A DNA stretch of 59,348 nt from a virus (IMGVR_UViG_3300032242_002944:1-59348); one strand, 5' to 3'; positions 8,263 to 18,043 are shown, numbered from the stretch's first letter. The notes: generated from the letters alone by a model not told the origin. Numbers and translations: made by a program.

Positions 8263-8291
8263 TTGCGACCACACCGGAGGGCGGCTAGAAT
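8263..8291 (+). promoter_or_regulatory. Sigma70-type promoter for primase/polymerase operon
   Basis: TTGCGA-17 nt-TAGAAT, then GGAG RBS before ATG 8312. Confidence 0.6.
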
Positions 8292-8311
8292 GAACGCCCC
8301 ATGGAGACTCA

Positions 8312-10459
8312 ATGACCAACGCTGCCCAAAAACAGCCCGTTTTGAACGTCCGAGATTATCTAACCCGAGGTTTTGCCGTGCTCCCGATTCACCGGGCGAC
8401 GGCGGGTGTGTGTTCCTGCGGGAAGGCGGCGTGCTCGGCGCCGGGGAAGCACCCTCTCACAAAAAACGGAAGCCGTGATGCGTCTCTTTCTCGCATTGAT
8501 CTGGTCCATTGGAGTCAAGAAAATCCTGGGTGCAATTGGGCCGTCGCGACCGGCCTCCCGCTTCCTGAGGGCGGTTACCTCGTCGTCCTCGACGTCGATC
8601 CTCGAAACAACGGCGACCACTCGCTGGCTGAGCTGGAAGAAAAACACGGAGAACTCCCTGCAACCCTGGTACAGGCAACTGGGGGCGGCGGGTGGCACTA
8701 CCTGTTTCGAACCACTGAGCCAGTCGCGAATTCCATCCTTGCTCCCGGACTTGAAACAAAAGGAGTTGGAGGGTATGTGGTCGTGGAACCCTCCATCCAC
8801 CCCTCCGGACGAACCTATTCGTGGGCCACGCCGCTCTCGCACGCGATTGCGGATCTACCGACGTGGGTCGTAACGCAGTCGCCCCGCAGCCGCCCCGAGT
8901 ACCTGGAGAACGACCCACTGTCCACGTTTCTTGGACGGGTCGCCGAGCACATGGGCTGGCTTGGGGACTACCTGGGCAACGGCAAGCGGGCATGCAAGTG
9001 CCCGTGGCTGGAGGAGCACTCCCGGCCGCTCTGGCACACGCGAGACAGCGGGACGGTGATCCTGCCGCCGCGGACCGGCGACAACTTGGGCGGGTTCGCG
9101 TGCCTGCACGCTCACTGCCAGGGCAAGGGCGTGTCGGACTTCCTGGCGGCGGCGTCCGACTCGGCGAAAGACTACGCGCGGACGTTCTTCGCCGCGCCGG
9201 CAGCGCCCCCCGCTGCGTCAGGGGGTGGCAATGCGCCGCCGAGCGCCGGCCCGCAGCCTACGGGGGCGCGGCTCACGCCGGCGGACCTTGTGGGGGCGGT
9301 TACGAAAGACGGAGATTGGAAAATCTCCCCCGTGGAGGCGAATGCCGTTCATATTCTCTGCCGTGATCCCGACTGGGTCGGTGTGCTGCAATACGACGAG
9401 ATGCGAGGGACGGCGGTGGCGGCACGCCAGCCGCCCTTTTCCACGCCTTGGGGGGCACAGTACCCTAGAGATTGGACGGATGCTGACGACCTCTCAACTC
9501 TCGGCTGGCTTCAGCAAGGCCCCTACGCCGCGCAGTGGTCGGACACGCGGGTCCGGAACGCCATCCACGTTGCCGCCCACAGGGTCCCCGTAAACGAGCT
9601 TTACGACTACCTAAACGGGCTCCAGTGGGACGGCACGCAGCGGGTCGATACGTGGCTCACGCAGTACATGGGCACTGTCGATACGCCGTACGTCCGCGCC
9701 GTCGGGCGCATGTGGTTGATATCGGCAGTCGCAAGAGCGCTTGACCCGGGCGCGAAAGCGGACTATGTATTGGTGATGGAGGGAAAGACGTCACTCGGTA
9801 AGAGCCAGGCGCTGGAGATTCTAGCGTCCACGAGGTTTTACATGAGTGACCTCGGCAACTTGGCGTCGGAGAAGGCCGCCGCGGAGCGCATCCGGTCGAA
9901 GTGGATCATCGAAGATGCCGAGATGACGGCGATGATGGGGGTAGACTCGCATGTGTCTAAGTCTTTTATCACGCGCCGAGAAGACAATTATCGCGAAAGT
10001 TACGCTCGTCGCGCCCAAAGTTTCAAACGTCGATGCGTTTTCGCGGCTACCGTCAATGAGTTTTCTTACCTCACGGATCCGACCGGGAACCGCAGGTATT
10101 GGCCGGTACGGGTCCTATCTGTCGACAAGGCCACCCTCGTCCGCGACCGGGACCAGCTCTGGGCCGAGGCTTGTGTACTATACCGCGCTGGTGACCCGTG
10201 GTGGCCCGTAGATCAACTCACGGTTGACCTTTGTGAGGGGGAACAGGAGAGGAGGCGTATTGTTGATCCATGGGAGCGTGCGCTTGACCTGTCTTCTGTC
10301 AAGCGTTTCAGTGGTTTCGGAGCTATCTACGCTAAACTTGGGATTGAGGCTTCAAAGCAGACGCACGAGACTGAGCGACGCTTGGCGAAGGTACTCCAAC
10401 GTTTGGGGTACGACACTCTGGTCGAAAATGGTATGACGGTGTGGGTACGGAAACCGTAA
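8312..10459 (+). CDS. Bifunctional primase-polymerase (Prim-Pol) fused to VirE/VapE-like P-loop helicase
   Basis: CSCG...C..PGKHP, VVLDVDPRN, TGGGGWHYLF, PSIHPSG; C-terminal WDG..R, GKTSLGKS, TGNRRYWPV, RDQLWAEA. Confidence 0.9.
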   Translation: MTNAAQKQPVLNVRDYLTRGFAVLPIHRATAGVCSCGKAACSAPGKHPLTKNGSRDASLSRIDLVHWSQENPGCNWAVATGLPLPEGGYLVVLDVDPRNNGDHSLAELEEKHGELPATLVQATGGGGWHYLFRTTEPVANSILAPGLETKGVGGYVVVEPSIHPSGRTYSWATPLSHAIADLPTWVVTQSPRSRPEYLENDPLSTFLGRVAEHMGWLGDYLGNGKRACKCPWLEEHSRPLWHTRDSGTVILPPRTGDNLGGFACLHAHCQGKGVSDFLAAASDSAKDYARTFFAAPAAPPAASGGGNAPPSAGPQPTGARLTPADLVGAVTKDGDWKISPVEANAVHILCRDPDWVGVLQYDEMRGTAVAARQPPFSTPWGAQYPRDWTDADDLSTLGWLQQGPYAAQWSDTRVRNAIHVAAHRVPVNELYDYLNGLQWDGTQRVDTWLTQYMGTVDTPYVRAVGRMWLISAVARALDPGAKADYVLVMEGKTSLGKSQALEILASTRFYMSDLGNLASEKAAAERIRSKWIIEDAEMTAMMGVDSHVSKSFITRREDNYRESYARRAQSFKRRCVFAATVNEFSYLTDPTGNRRYWPVRVLSVDKATLVRDRDQLWAEACVLYRAGDPWWPVDQLTVDLCEGEQERRRIVDPWERALDLSSVKRFSGFGAIYAKLGIEASKQTHETERRLAKVLQRLGYDTLVENGMTVWVRKP

Positions 10460-10482
10460 ACGAGATACACGGGGAGCGAATC

Positions 10483-10836
10483 ATGGTAGAGGCGATCAAC
10501 TGTGCGGACTGCAACTCGTCGGTCGAATGGCACGGGAAACTTCCGGAGGACCCGAATGACTGGATTTGCGCCGACTGCCACTCGGACCGCCAGGACGCGG
10601 AGATTGCCGACCTGCGAGCGAAGCTCGCGGCCGTTGCCGCTCGCGTCGAGCGTGTTTGCAGCATGGAGGCGAGTACCGCCAAAATGCGTGAAAACACGTC
10701 GTCTCGGCGCACGCAGCAGAGCGCTATCCACCGCGCCGAGGCGGACATGGCGCTCAAGCTGAAGACGAGCATCCTGCAAGCGCTCGAAGAGGGGCCGCTG
10801 GAGACGCTGTTTCGGAAGGTCGGTGGCGGACGATGA
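10483..10836 (+). CDS. Hypothetical protein (CxxC zinc-ribbon + coiled coil)
   Basis: CADC...CADC; GGGGAG RBS. Confidence 0.6.
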   Translation: MVEAINCADCNSSVEWHGKLPEDPNDWICADCHSDRQDAEIADLRAKLAAVAARVERVCSMEASTAKMRENTSSRRTQQSAIHRAEADMALKLKTSILQALEEGPLETLFRKVGGGR

Positions 10837-11267
10837 GCAACAACGAAATGCCCGAGTACATGCTCGTTTCCAAACACGGAAACGATTACTACGGAGCCCC
10901 AACACCAAACGCGAATAAGTTCCACAGTAACGACGTCCCTGTGGACACGTACGTACGCGTCGACGTCGCTGCGGCCGAGGCAGCGGAGCTAGACAAGGCG
11001 AAACGGCAAGCGGAGTATTGGAAAGGGAAGTGGATGAATGCAGTAGGTCACGGTAAGTTGACAAACTCCGACCCCCAGGGCGTCATCGAATACACACCAC
11101 CGCCCGTGCCGACGCTGAGAGACCAGTTTGCGATGGCTGCGCTCCCTTCTATCATGCGAGCGGTGTGGGGTTTTGCACAAGATGATGCGAACGATAGATG
11201 CGCCAAACTCGCGTATGCCGTCGCCGACGCCATGTTCGCCGCGCGGGGGCAGAAGGGTGGCCCGTGA
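10833..11267 (+). CDS. Conserved phage hypothetical protein
   Basis: C-terminal TLRDQFAMAAL...AYAVADAMFAAR motif common in phage accessory proteins; ATGA coupling. Confidence 0.7.
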   Translation: MSNNEMPEYMLVSKHGNDYYGAPTPNANKFHSNDVPVDTYVRVDVAAAEAAELDKAKRQAEYWKGKWMNAVGHGKLTNSDPQGVIEYTPPPVPTLRDQFAMAALPSIMRAVWGFAQDDANDRCAKLAYAVADAMFAARGQKGGP

Positions 11268-11560
11268 GGGGCGACAATACGAAAGGGAATCCATCGTTCA
11301 ACCACACTCGCGAGGACTCCGAACTTACTCCTTGTGATTTGTGCGCGAAGCTCATGCGACCTCGGGCGCTTCGAGCGGCGCTACGCGAAGCCATCGAAGA
11401 CATGAAGTATGCTGAGGCTGAAGCTGCAAAACTGCGCCGTCACTTGTCAGAAGTGCGTGACGTTGTGCTGTTAGAGAAGGCCAGGTTCAGCGCGAACTTT
11501 TCGTCCGGAACAGATACATTCGACCGTATTTTCGAAGTACTCGACAAGGACCCAAAATGA
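11264..11560 (+). CDS. Hypothetical protein
   Basis: GTGA-coupled; CxxC and coiled coil. Confidence 0.55.
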   Translation: MRGDNTKGNPSFNHTREDSELTPCDLCAKLMRPRALRAALREAIEDMKYAEAEAAKLRRHLSEVRDVVLLEKARFSANFSSGTDTFDRIFEVLDKDPK

Positions 11561-11637
11561 TGTTCAACGTAGCCCAAGCCCTCGTAGCCGTACTCGTGGC
11601 GTTTTGCCTTCTCGTGGCGGTGTCTGACGACCGATGA
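11557..11637 (+). CDS. Small membrane peptide (26 aa)
   Basis: MMFNVAQALVAVLVAFCLLVAVSDDR; ATGA overlaps at both ends. Confidence 0.55.
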   Translation: MMFNVAQALVAVLVAFCLLVAVSDDR

Positions 11638-14378
11638 CGATCGCTTTTGACGTAGAGACCGTGCCATTTCGAGCCGGGCGGATGGCGCCGCAGCTCGTGG
11701 TCGTGTCGTGGTTCGACGGCACGACGCGCGGTCTCGTCAAGGTAGAGGACGCCGAACCCGTCGTAAGGAAGTGGCTCCTTGGTCCTGAATTCCTGGTTGC
11801 TCATAACGCCTCGTTCGACTCGACCGTCCTTTGCAACGCGTTTCCTGAGCATGTCCATCTCTGGTTTGATAAGTACCACAGGGGGGAGGTTGGCTGCACA
11901 ATGCTGCTGGCGCAACTTCACGACATCGCCAACGGCTGTTTTCGGGGGAGCTTCGATGATTCGGGTACCTACCGGAAGCGGCTCTACAACCTGTCGGACT
12001 GCCACCAGAGGCTATTTGGAACGTCCCTAGAAAAAGACGTTTGGCGGATGCGCTACGAGGAGTTTCTGAATGTTCCACTTTCTCAATGGCCCCAAGGTGC
12101 TAAGGCATACTCGGAATTGGACGCACTCGCTGCGTTCCGGGTGGGCGCCGCCCTCGGGCCGGTCAACGATTGGGCCAGGCAATCACGGTACGATTTCTGC
12201 CTCAAGCTGTGCTCTATATGGGGTCTTCGCACGGATATTCGGGCCGTTGAAAGCCTACGAGACCATCTTCTCCGGGAGCGAGCTGGGCTGGAGCAGCTAT
12301 TACGCGAGCTGCGGCTGGTCAGGTCAAGCGGTCAAAAAAACACAAAAGCCATCCGTGCCCGCGTTCGCTCCGGCGGCGGTTCGAAACTCACAAAAACGGG
12401 ACTTCTTGCGATCGACGCCGAAGCCTGCGAAGGTCTGGACGACGCGGCGCTGAAGATTTACAGCAAGTGGAGCGTGCTCGGCACGACGCTGGCCAAAGAC
12501 GTGCCCATGCTCCGTCTCGGCGAGACGTACCCGATCCACACGTCGTTCGGCCTCGCGGACAGCGGACGCACGACGAGTGCGAAGCCAAACTGCTTCAGCG
12601 GAGACACGGAGGTTCTTACGAGAAGAGGTTGGGTAGACCTTCGAACTTACGTCGAAAGCGGTAACACCGAAGAGGTAGCACAATTCCACACGGAGTCTCA
12701 AACGATATCGTTTACCGCCCCTATTGGCCGCGTCGTTGCTCGCGATGAGGTGTTGCACATAAAGAGTGACATATTCGTCAATTTGAAAGTAACAAAGAAT
12801 CACAGGTGCTTGCTTCAAAATCGAAAAACGTCAAAGTGGCGAGTTTTCGAAGGGGCAAACTACCCGTCCGACCACAAGCAGCACGGCGCTGGCACGTTCG
12901 TTGGCGGCACGACTCACTTGTCCGACGACGAGGTTGTAGTTCTGGCTGCTGTCCAGGCAGACGGGTCCTACCTCTGGCACGGGAGGAGCGCTGCGATACG
13001 TTTCGCGTTTTCCAAACAGCGAAAAGTAGAGCGACTCAAGTCAGCTCTCGAAAATCTCGGCGTAAAGTTCCGACTATCAAAGGCCGACGCTCGTGGTAAA
13101 CAGTATTTCTACATCCCTGAGTGCGATCTTGTTCGTTACGTACAAGCGCTCATGCCTCAGAAGAACTTTGGGTGGTGGGTGCTCGATCTTGACAGAGCAA
13201 CGCTTGATAAATTTGTCAACGAAATCTGGTTCTGGGACGGTTGCAGCACTAGAAACTCTCACTATTCTAGCAACGCGATCGAAAACGCCGAGATCGTACA
13301 AGCTGCCTGCGCATTGTCTGGAATCTCTTGCAAAATCCGCAAATACCACTCACACCTGGGCGCAAACACGAACTATCAAGTTGACAGAAAGCACAAGAGT
13401 TACAGCCTCACGACTAATACGCGAACGGAAAGCCTAGGCGAGCAGGACGTGTTTTGCGTTAGCGTCCCTTCGTCTTACTTGCTCGTCCGCACAGAAGGCG
13501 TGATCAGTGTAACCGGGAACTGTCAAAATTTCGGTAGAAGCGGAGGCGTACGTGGTTGTTTTATACCTCGCCAGGGGTTTCTGTTCGCTGCGGTCGATTT
13601 CCCGGGACTGGAGTTGCGCACCGTATCACAGGTCTTACTTGAAAAAGTCGGATGGTCCAAGCTCGCAAGCCGTATCAACAGTGGGGAAGACCCCCACATC
13701 GCGGTCGCGGCTATCATGGCGGGAGTCAGCTACGAGGACGCGTTCCGATTATATAACGAGGCTGACTCTAGGATAAGCGAGCTTCGACAATTCGGCAAAG
13801 CGGCTAACTTTGGCTTCCCAGGCGGCATGTCGGCGAAGACGCTCCAGGCGTCGTCCAATGCGAACCCGGACTTGCGCAAGAAGGGCATCACGATGACCCT
13901 CCTCCAGGCGGAAGAACTACGCGAGGCGTGGTTGGCGGCGAACCCGGAGTTCCATGAATATTTTCGATTTATCCGGTCTCTTATGCGCGCGGACGGGCTT
14001 TATGACGTACAGCATTTGTACTCCGGCCGCTGGCGCCGTGGGTGCAAGTACACGGAGGCGGCTAACACGTTGTTTCAGGGTCTCGGTGCCGACGTCGCCA
14101 AGCACGCGCTTTGGCTCGTCCAGCGCGCCTGCTACGCGAAGCCTGAGAGCCCGCTCTACAACTGCCGCACGGTGCTGTTCGTCCACGACGAAGTCGTCTG
14201 CGAGGTCCCCGAGAGCGACCCCATACCGCCCGCCAACGAGCTGAGCCGGCTCATGACCGTCGGTGCGAACAAGCTGCTGACGAAGGTGCCGCTGGAGACG
14301 ACCCCAGTGCTCATGCGTCAGTACGGTAAGTATGCCAAGCCGAAATTCAACGAACAAGGAGTCATGATTCCGTGGTAA
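11634..14378 (+). CDS. polA: Family A DNA polymerase with 3'-5' exonuclease, intein-containing
   Basis: ExoI DVET, ExoII HNASFD, ExoIII Y...D; motif A DFPGLELR, motif B RQFGKAANFG, motif C VHDE. Confidence 0.93.
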   Translation: MTIAFDVETVPFRAGRMAPQLVVVSWFDGTTRGLVKVEDAEPVVRKWLLGPEFLVAHNASFDSTVLCNAFPEHVHLWFDKYHRGEVGCTMLLAQLHDIANGCFRGSFDDSGTYRKRLYNLSDCHQRLFGTSLEKDVWRMRYEEFLNVPLSQWPQGAKAYSELDALAAFRVGAALGPVNDWARQSRYDFCLKLCSIWGLRTDIRAVESLRDHLLRERAGLEQLLRELRLVRSSGQKNTKAIRARVRSGGGSKLTKTGLLAIDAEACEGLDDAALKIYSKWSVLGTTLAKDVPMLRLGETYPIHTSFGLADSGRTTSAKPNCFSGDTEVLTRRGWVDLRTYVESGNTEEVAQFHTESQTISFTAPIGRVVARDEVLHIKSDIFVNLKVTKNHRCLLQNRKTSKWRVFEGANYPSDHKQHGAGTFVGGTTHLSDDEVVVLAAVQADGSYLWHGRSAAIRFAFSKQRKVERLKSALENLGVKFRLSKADARGKQYFYIPECDLVRYVQALMPQKNFGWWVLDLDRATLDKFVNEIWFWDGCSTRNSHYSSNAIENAEIVQAACALSGISCKIRKYHSHLGANTNYQVDRKHKSYSLTTNTRTESLGEQDVFCVSVPSSYLLVRTEGVISVTGNCQNFGRSGGVRGCFIPRQGFLFAAVDFPGLELRTVSQVLLEKVGWSKLASRINSGEDPHIAVAAIMAGVSYEDAFRLYNEADSRISELRQFGKAANFGFPGGMSAKTLQASSNANPDLRKKGITMTLLQAEELREAWLAANPEFHEYFRFIRSLMRADGLYDVQHLYSGRWRRGCKYTEAANTLFQGLGADVAKHALWLVQRACYAKPESPLYNCRTVLFVHDEVVCEVPESDPIPPANELSRLMTVGANKLLTKVPLETTPVLMRQYGKYAKPKFNEQGVMIPW
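12591..13520 (+). mobile_element. Intein (310 aa) with LAGLIDADG homing endonuclease
   Basis: Block A CFSGDTEVLT, block B VTKNH, LAAVQADGS and EIWFWDG endonuclease motifs, block F DVFCVSV, ends VTGN followed by Cys+1; interrupts SAKPN|CQN; visibly more AT-rich than flanks. Confidence 0.9.
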
Positions 14379-14704
14379 AAGCAATTGCGATCAGGGCGGA
14401 CGGAACGACGTTTCCGCTCCCTGACGGCACAGTCGGAAAAACAGTTGTGATCCCGGACATGCGAGGCTTGAAGCCGGCAACGGCAACAGCCGCGTCGTTC
14501 GCGTTGGGCCGCAGAGAAGATGGGCCGATGGTCCCTTACGTGGAGTTCGACGCCTGCGGCGTCGCGGTGGGACCTAAAGGACAGAAAACCATCATTTACG
14601 CTGAAACGGAGCGCCGCCGCGTAGTGGACCACGGAGCCGTGAACCGCTCCGTTCGTGAGAACACTTTCAAAATTCTTCAGCGAGGGCTTGATCGTGACGA
14701 CTGA
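14372..14704 (+). CDS. Hypothetical protein
   Basis: Overlaps pol stop and thyX start. Confidence 0.55.
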   Translation: MVKAIAIRADGTTFPLPDGTVGKTVVIPDMRGLKPATATAASFALGRREDGPMVPYVEFDACGVAVGPKGQKTIIYAETERRRVVDHGAVNRSVRENTFKILQRGLDRDD

Positions 14705-15479
14705 AGCCTCAATCATCCTCGACTCAATCTCCCCGTCCGGCGCGCGGCTGACGACGTTCCGTCTGCGCTACCCGCGGATCATCCACAGCGAGTTCATGAC
14801 GCACCGCGTGTTCAGCCGGAACGCGTCGTCGTCGCGCGCGATCCCCATTTCCAAGCTTATCGACCAGGTTCGCACCGACCCGTTCGTGCCGGAATCGTGG
14901 CCCAGCAACCGCCCCGGGATGCAGGGCGGCGAGCCCATCGCGCACCCCAAGGCCGCCCGCGCGCTCTGGCTCCAGGCCGCCCGCCACGCGGCGAATTCCG
15001 CCGAAGCGCTGGCGGACTTCGGGGTCCACAAACAACTCGCGAACCGGCTCCTGGAGCCGTTCCTGCACATCGACGTCCTGGTCTCGTCGACGGATTACAC
15101 GAATTTTTTCAAACTCCGGTGCGACGCGGCTGCACAGCCGGAGATTCAAAAACTCGCTCTTGCCATGCGCCACGAGCTGGAGCGGTCCATCCCCATCGCG
15201 CGGCCCGTTCACAGTCCGTTCCACCCGGACCCGCTCGTAGCGACCGGGAAGTGCGCCCGTGTGTCGTACTCCAAGCACGACGGGGCCGTCGACGAGTACG
15301 CGGACCGTGCGCTTGCGATGAAGCTGCTATCTTCGCGTCATATGTCCCCGTTCGAGCACGTCGCCCGCGCCGGCGACGGAACGAAGAACTTCCGCGGCTG
15401 GATCCAGCTACGCGAAGAGGTCGAGCTGAGCCGAGGGCGCCTCGACGAGAAGAATCTTCTCCCCTTTTTCGCCACCTAG
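14694..15479 (+). CDS. thyX: FAD-dependent thymidylate synthase
   Basis: HSEFMTHRVFSRNASSSRA (RHRxxS...S.R motif), HKQ..NRLLEPF, AQPEI, ARVSY, H.SPFEH. Confidence 0.92.
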   Translation: MTTEASIILDSISPSGARLTTFRLRYPRIIHSEFMTHRVFSRNASSSRAIPISKLIDQVRTDPFVPESWPSNRPGMQGGEPIAHPKAARALWLQAARHAANSAEALADFGVHKQLANRLLEPFLHIDVLVSSTDYTNFFKLRCDAAAQPEIQKLALAMRHELERSIPIARPVHSPFHPDPLVATGKCARVSYSKHDGAVDEYADRALAMKLLSSRHMSPFEHVARAGDGTKNFRGWIQLREEVELSRGRLDEKNLLPFFAT

Positions 15480-15564
15480 ATCGCGGTCGATCGGCACGTA
15501 CTCCGCCGGGGGCAGCTCCAGCTCTAGCTGGGTAGCCGCCCCCGGCGGGTCCGGTAGGTGCTGT

Positions 15565-15714
15565 TCAGGGGGATTGATTCCCGCGAAGCTTGGCTTCTTC
15601 TGCAATGTCGGCCGCCTTCCGAGCGAGATCGTACTGGTCCACCTCGCGGCGAACCAATGCAGATCCTAGCGCGGAAATCAGCACTCGCAAGATCGTGAGC
15701 AACGTTTCGTCCAT
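15565..15714 (-). CDS. Small membrane protein of lysis cassette (49 aa)
   Basis: MDETLLTILRVLISALGSALV...; manually translated, follows lipoprotein. Confidence 0.5.
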   Translation of the reverse strand: MDETLLTILRVLISALGSALVRREVDQYDLARKAADIAEEAKLRGNQSP

Positions 15715-15715
15715 G

Positions 15716-15895
15716 TTACTGCCCGTACTTCGCGTCCACTTGTTTGCGGCAAGTGTCGATTTCTGCGCGGGTATTGTACTCCGCCACGCACTCCTGAAGC
15801 TCGGCCGTGTAGGCAGCGGCTTTCGGGTCCGGGACGGGCGCCTTGAACGCCGCGCAGTTACTTGTCAAGAGTAAGAAAGCTAGGCAGAAGCGCAT
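15716..15895 (-). CDS. Small lipoprotein, putative o-spanin (59 aa)
   Basis: MRFCLAFLLLTSN-C lipobox-like, two further Cys; overlaps holin-like gene. Confidence 0.5.
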   Translation of the reverse strand: MRFCLAFLLLTSNCAAFKAPVPDPKAAAYTAELQECVAEYNTRAEIDTCRKQVDAKYGQ

Positions 15896-16019
15896 TCAGC
15901 ACCGACCCGACAAGGCCGCCAACAGCGGCGACGTCGTTATGCCCGAGGTACATGGCCCCGAGGACGAACGACAAAACCGAAACCAACGCCGCGACCTGCG
16001 GCCACGAATTTACTTTCAA
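15858..16019 (-). CDS. Putative holin (53 aa, two TM segments)
   Basis: TTG start after AGGAGG; MKVNSWPQVAALVSVLSFVLGAMYLG..VAAVGGLVGSVLNALLP. Confidence 0.55.
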   Translation of the reverse strand: MKVNSWPQVAALVSVLSFVLGAMYLGHNDVAAVGGLVGSVLNALLPSFLTLDK

Positions 16020-16285
16020 GACTCTCCTCCTAGCGTGTGACGTGCGAGAAACACCCTAAGGTCGGCGATGACCGACCGAAGCTCGTGGACTTCCGTGCGC
16101 AGGGCTTCAATCTCCCGCGTGAGGCTGTCCTTGTGAACCCCCGCTGCCGCTGCGCCGGTCTCCAACCCTCTGACGCGCGAGTCTAGGTCGGAGAGCTTTG
16201 CCGCAGACCCGTCAAAATGCCGGGCGGCAAGCCAGCCAGCCGCCCCAACCAAGGCGGTCAGGAAAAGCGGGCCGATGTCTGTCAC
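16016..16285 (-). CDS. TM + coiled-coil protein (i-spanin/holin-like)
   Basis: N-terminal TM (LFLTALVGAAGWLAA) then heptad coiled coil. Confidence 0.55.
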   Translation of the reverse strand: MTDIGPLFLTALVGAAGWLAARHFDGSAAKLSDLDSRVRGLETGAAAAGVHKDSLTREIEALRTEVHELRSVIADLRVFLARHTLGGES

Positions 16286-16470
16286 GTCGAGGGGCTTTCT
16301 GCGGGGGATTTCGCAGCCGCAAGCTCGGCCTCGAAGGCCTTCATGTCGCGTTCGTAGTTCGCCTCATCCAGCGCTACAAGCTGCTTTTGCGCGTGGATGA
16401 GGCTGCGCCACGTCTGGAGGCGAGCGAGACGCTCTTTCTGAAGGTCGGTCATTTCGGGCGACGATTCCAT
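16282..16470 (-). CDS. Small coiled-coil protein (possible fibre chaperone)
   Basis: AGAGGG RBS, directly after fibre gene. Confidence 0.5.
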   Translation of the reverse strand: MESSPEMTDLQKERLARLQTWRSLIHAQKQLVALDEANYERDMKAFEAELAAAKSPAESPST

Positions 16471-16487
16471 GATTGCGTGTCCCTCTT

Positions 16488-17594
16488 TCAGACGTCCGCC
16501 GTTACGCGGACGATGTTGGTGCCGTCGGCGTATACGATTGCGCGCTTGCCGTTGGCAATCACGATTCCCGTCCCGGACGCGCCAATAACCTGAATCGACT
16601 GGGCGCCGGACGTGCCGTTGTACACGATCCATTTCCACCCGGCCGTGAGCGGCACCACGAGGTTCCGCTGCAAGGTAAGAGCGCCGCCCGTAAATTCCAT
16701 TATGTTGGCCTGGTAGTCGCCCGCCACGGCCGTGTAGTTCGCGTCGCTCGGCCACGTCCGCACGGCACGCAGGCCGTTCATGGCTTGCTGGTAGCCCGTG
16801 GAGGCCCTCTGGAGGAGGATGCCTCCCGAGGCGTAGAGCGTCGCGCCGCTTACGGGGCTCGCCGTGGGTGCCGTCGCTGCATTGCCGACGTACGTCACGA
16901 GGTCGCCGGCGTTCGCCGGCAGCTCCGTGGCCGTGATGGCGGCACCCCTGTTGAGAACCGTGGCTCGCTGCCCCACGGCAAGCTCCGCCACCTCGGCCAT
17001 GACGACGCCAGCCGTCGAAAGCTCAAGGCGAACAGGGCCGCGTAGGCCCGTTGTGCCGTCTGTCTTCGCCGCGCCGCCCTGGAGTCGCAGGGCGCCACCG
17101 TTGACGTTCGTCGCCGCGGTGACGAAGGCGGACTGCGCCGTGATCGAAAGCGTGGTCGTCGCTACGTCCGATGACCGGGCCGCCTGAATGATCGATGGCG
17201 TCGCCTTTGCCTGCTCGATTTGCAGCTGCGTGGATCCGAAGGTCCATGTGCTGCCCCCGGCGGGAGACAACACAACGCTGGTCGACGCGTAAACGTATGT
17301 TCCCCCGGAGCCCGAGGATGTGCCAATCAGCAGGTTGTTTCCCGTGTCGGACGAGACGATGGAGAGGTCGCCGGTCCCGAGCTGATTTCGGAACGCCAAC
17401 GCCGTCACGTTGTTTGGTACGCGCAGGTAGCCCGACTGAGCCGGGGACGTTCCGATGGCGATATTGTTTGTGCCCGGGACGACGCTCGCCACGGCCGATA
17501 GCGCGGTGCCAGAAGAGACGACGACGCCTGTGCCTACTGTGCCTGCAATGACGGATGTGCTGATATCTGAGAAAGCCCAACCTCTGCGAATCAT
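16488..17594 (-). CDS. Tail fibre / receptor-binding protein
   Basis: G/A/T/S-rich beta-type sequence; C-terminal ...VYNGTSGAQSIQV..ASGTGIVIANGKRAIVYADGTNIV typical of fibre tips; end of virion operon. Confidence 0.7.
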   Translation of the reverse strand: MIRRGWAFSDISTSVIAGTVGTGVVVSSGTALSAVASVVPGTNNIAIGTSPAQSGYLRVPNNVTALAFRNQLGTGDLSIVSSDTGNNLLIGTSSGSGGTYVYASTSVVLSPAGGSTWTFGSTQLQIEQAKATPSIIQAARSSDVATTTLSITAQSAFVTAATNVNGGALRLQGGAAKTDGTTGLRGPVRLELSTAGVVMAEVAELAVGQRATVLNRGAAITATELPANAGDLVTYVGNAATAPTASPVSGATLYASGGILLQRASTGYQQAMNGLRAVRTWPSDANYTAVAGDYQANIMEFTGGALTLQRNLVVPLTAGWKWIVYNGTSGAQSIQVIGASGTGIVIANGKRAIVYADGTNIVRVTADV

Positions 17595-17601
17595 GGCGTC
17601 C

Positions 17602-18018
17602 TCACTTGGGGGGTTGGCTCGAAGCGTGGACGCGGAGGGTTCCCGTGCTGGACGACGTCACGGCAGACAGGTAGAGGTCCTCCGTGACGTCAATGCGGAC
17701 GTCGGCGAACCCGCCCGGCGGCAGGCGCTGGGCGAAGGCGTTACTGAGGGCGATCGTGCTGCCGGCAGAGATTACCGTCGCGGAGTTCATGTCTGCGGTG
17801 GACACGTTCTGGAATCGGACGTACATATCGACAGTGCCATCGTTATGCAGCGTGAGATAGAGCCCCGTCCCAACGCCGAACTCGTCCCAGGACTTGCCGC
17901 CCCACGCGATTCCGCGAAGGTCATAAACCCGGACCGTGTTGTCGACGGTCAGAGCGAAGCCGTTGCCCCGGCGCGGCGGGACGGGGTTGAACGCCTGTGA
18001 TTGCCATTCGTAAGCCAT
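17602..18018 (-). CDS. Virion structural protein (beta-rich)
   Basis: Preceded by TATAAT and AGAGGG; located before fibre gene. Confidence 0.55.
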   Translation of the reverse strand: MAYEWQSQAFNPVPPRRGNGFALTVDNTVRVYDLRGIAWGGKSWDEFGVGTGLYLTLHNDGTVDMYVRFQNVSTADMNSATVISAGSTIALSNAFAQRLPPGGFADVRIDVTEDLYLSAVTSSSTGTLRVHASSQPPK

Positions 18019-18043
18019 GGGGCCCTCTTATTATAGCTCAAAG

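Noticed and set aside
364-14378. Z-genome (2-aminoadenine) or 7-deazaguanine system
   Set aside because: A dNTP hydrolase and a PolA are present, but no PurZ, DpdA, FolE or QueC/D/E motifs were recognised
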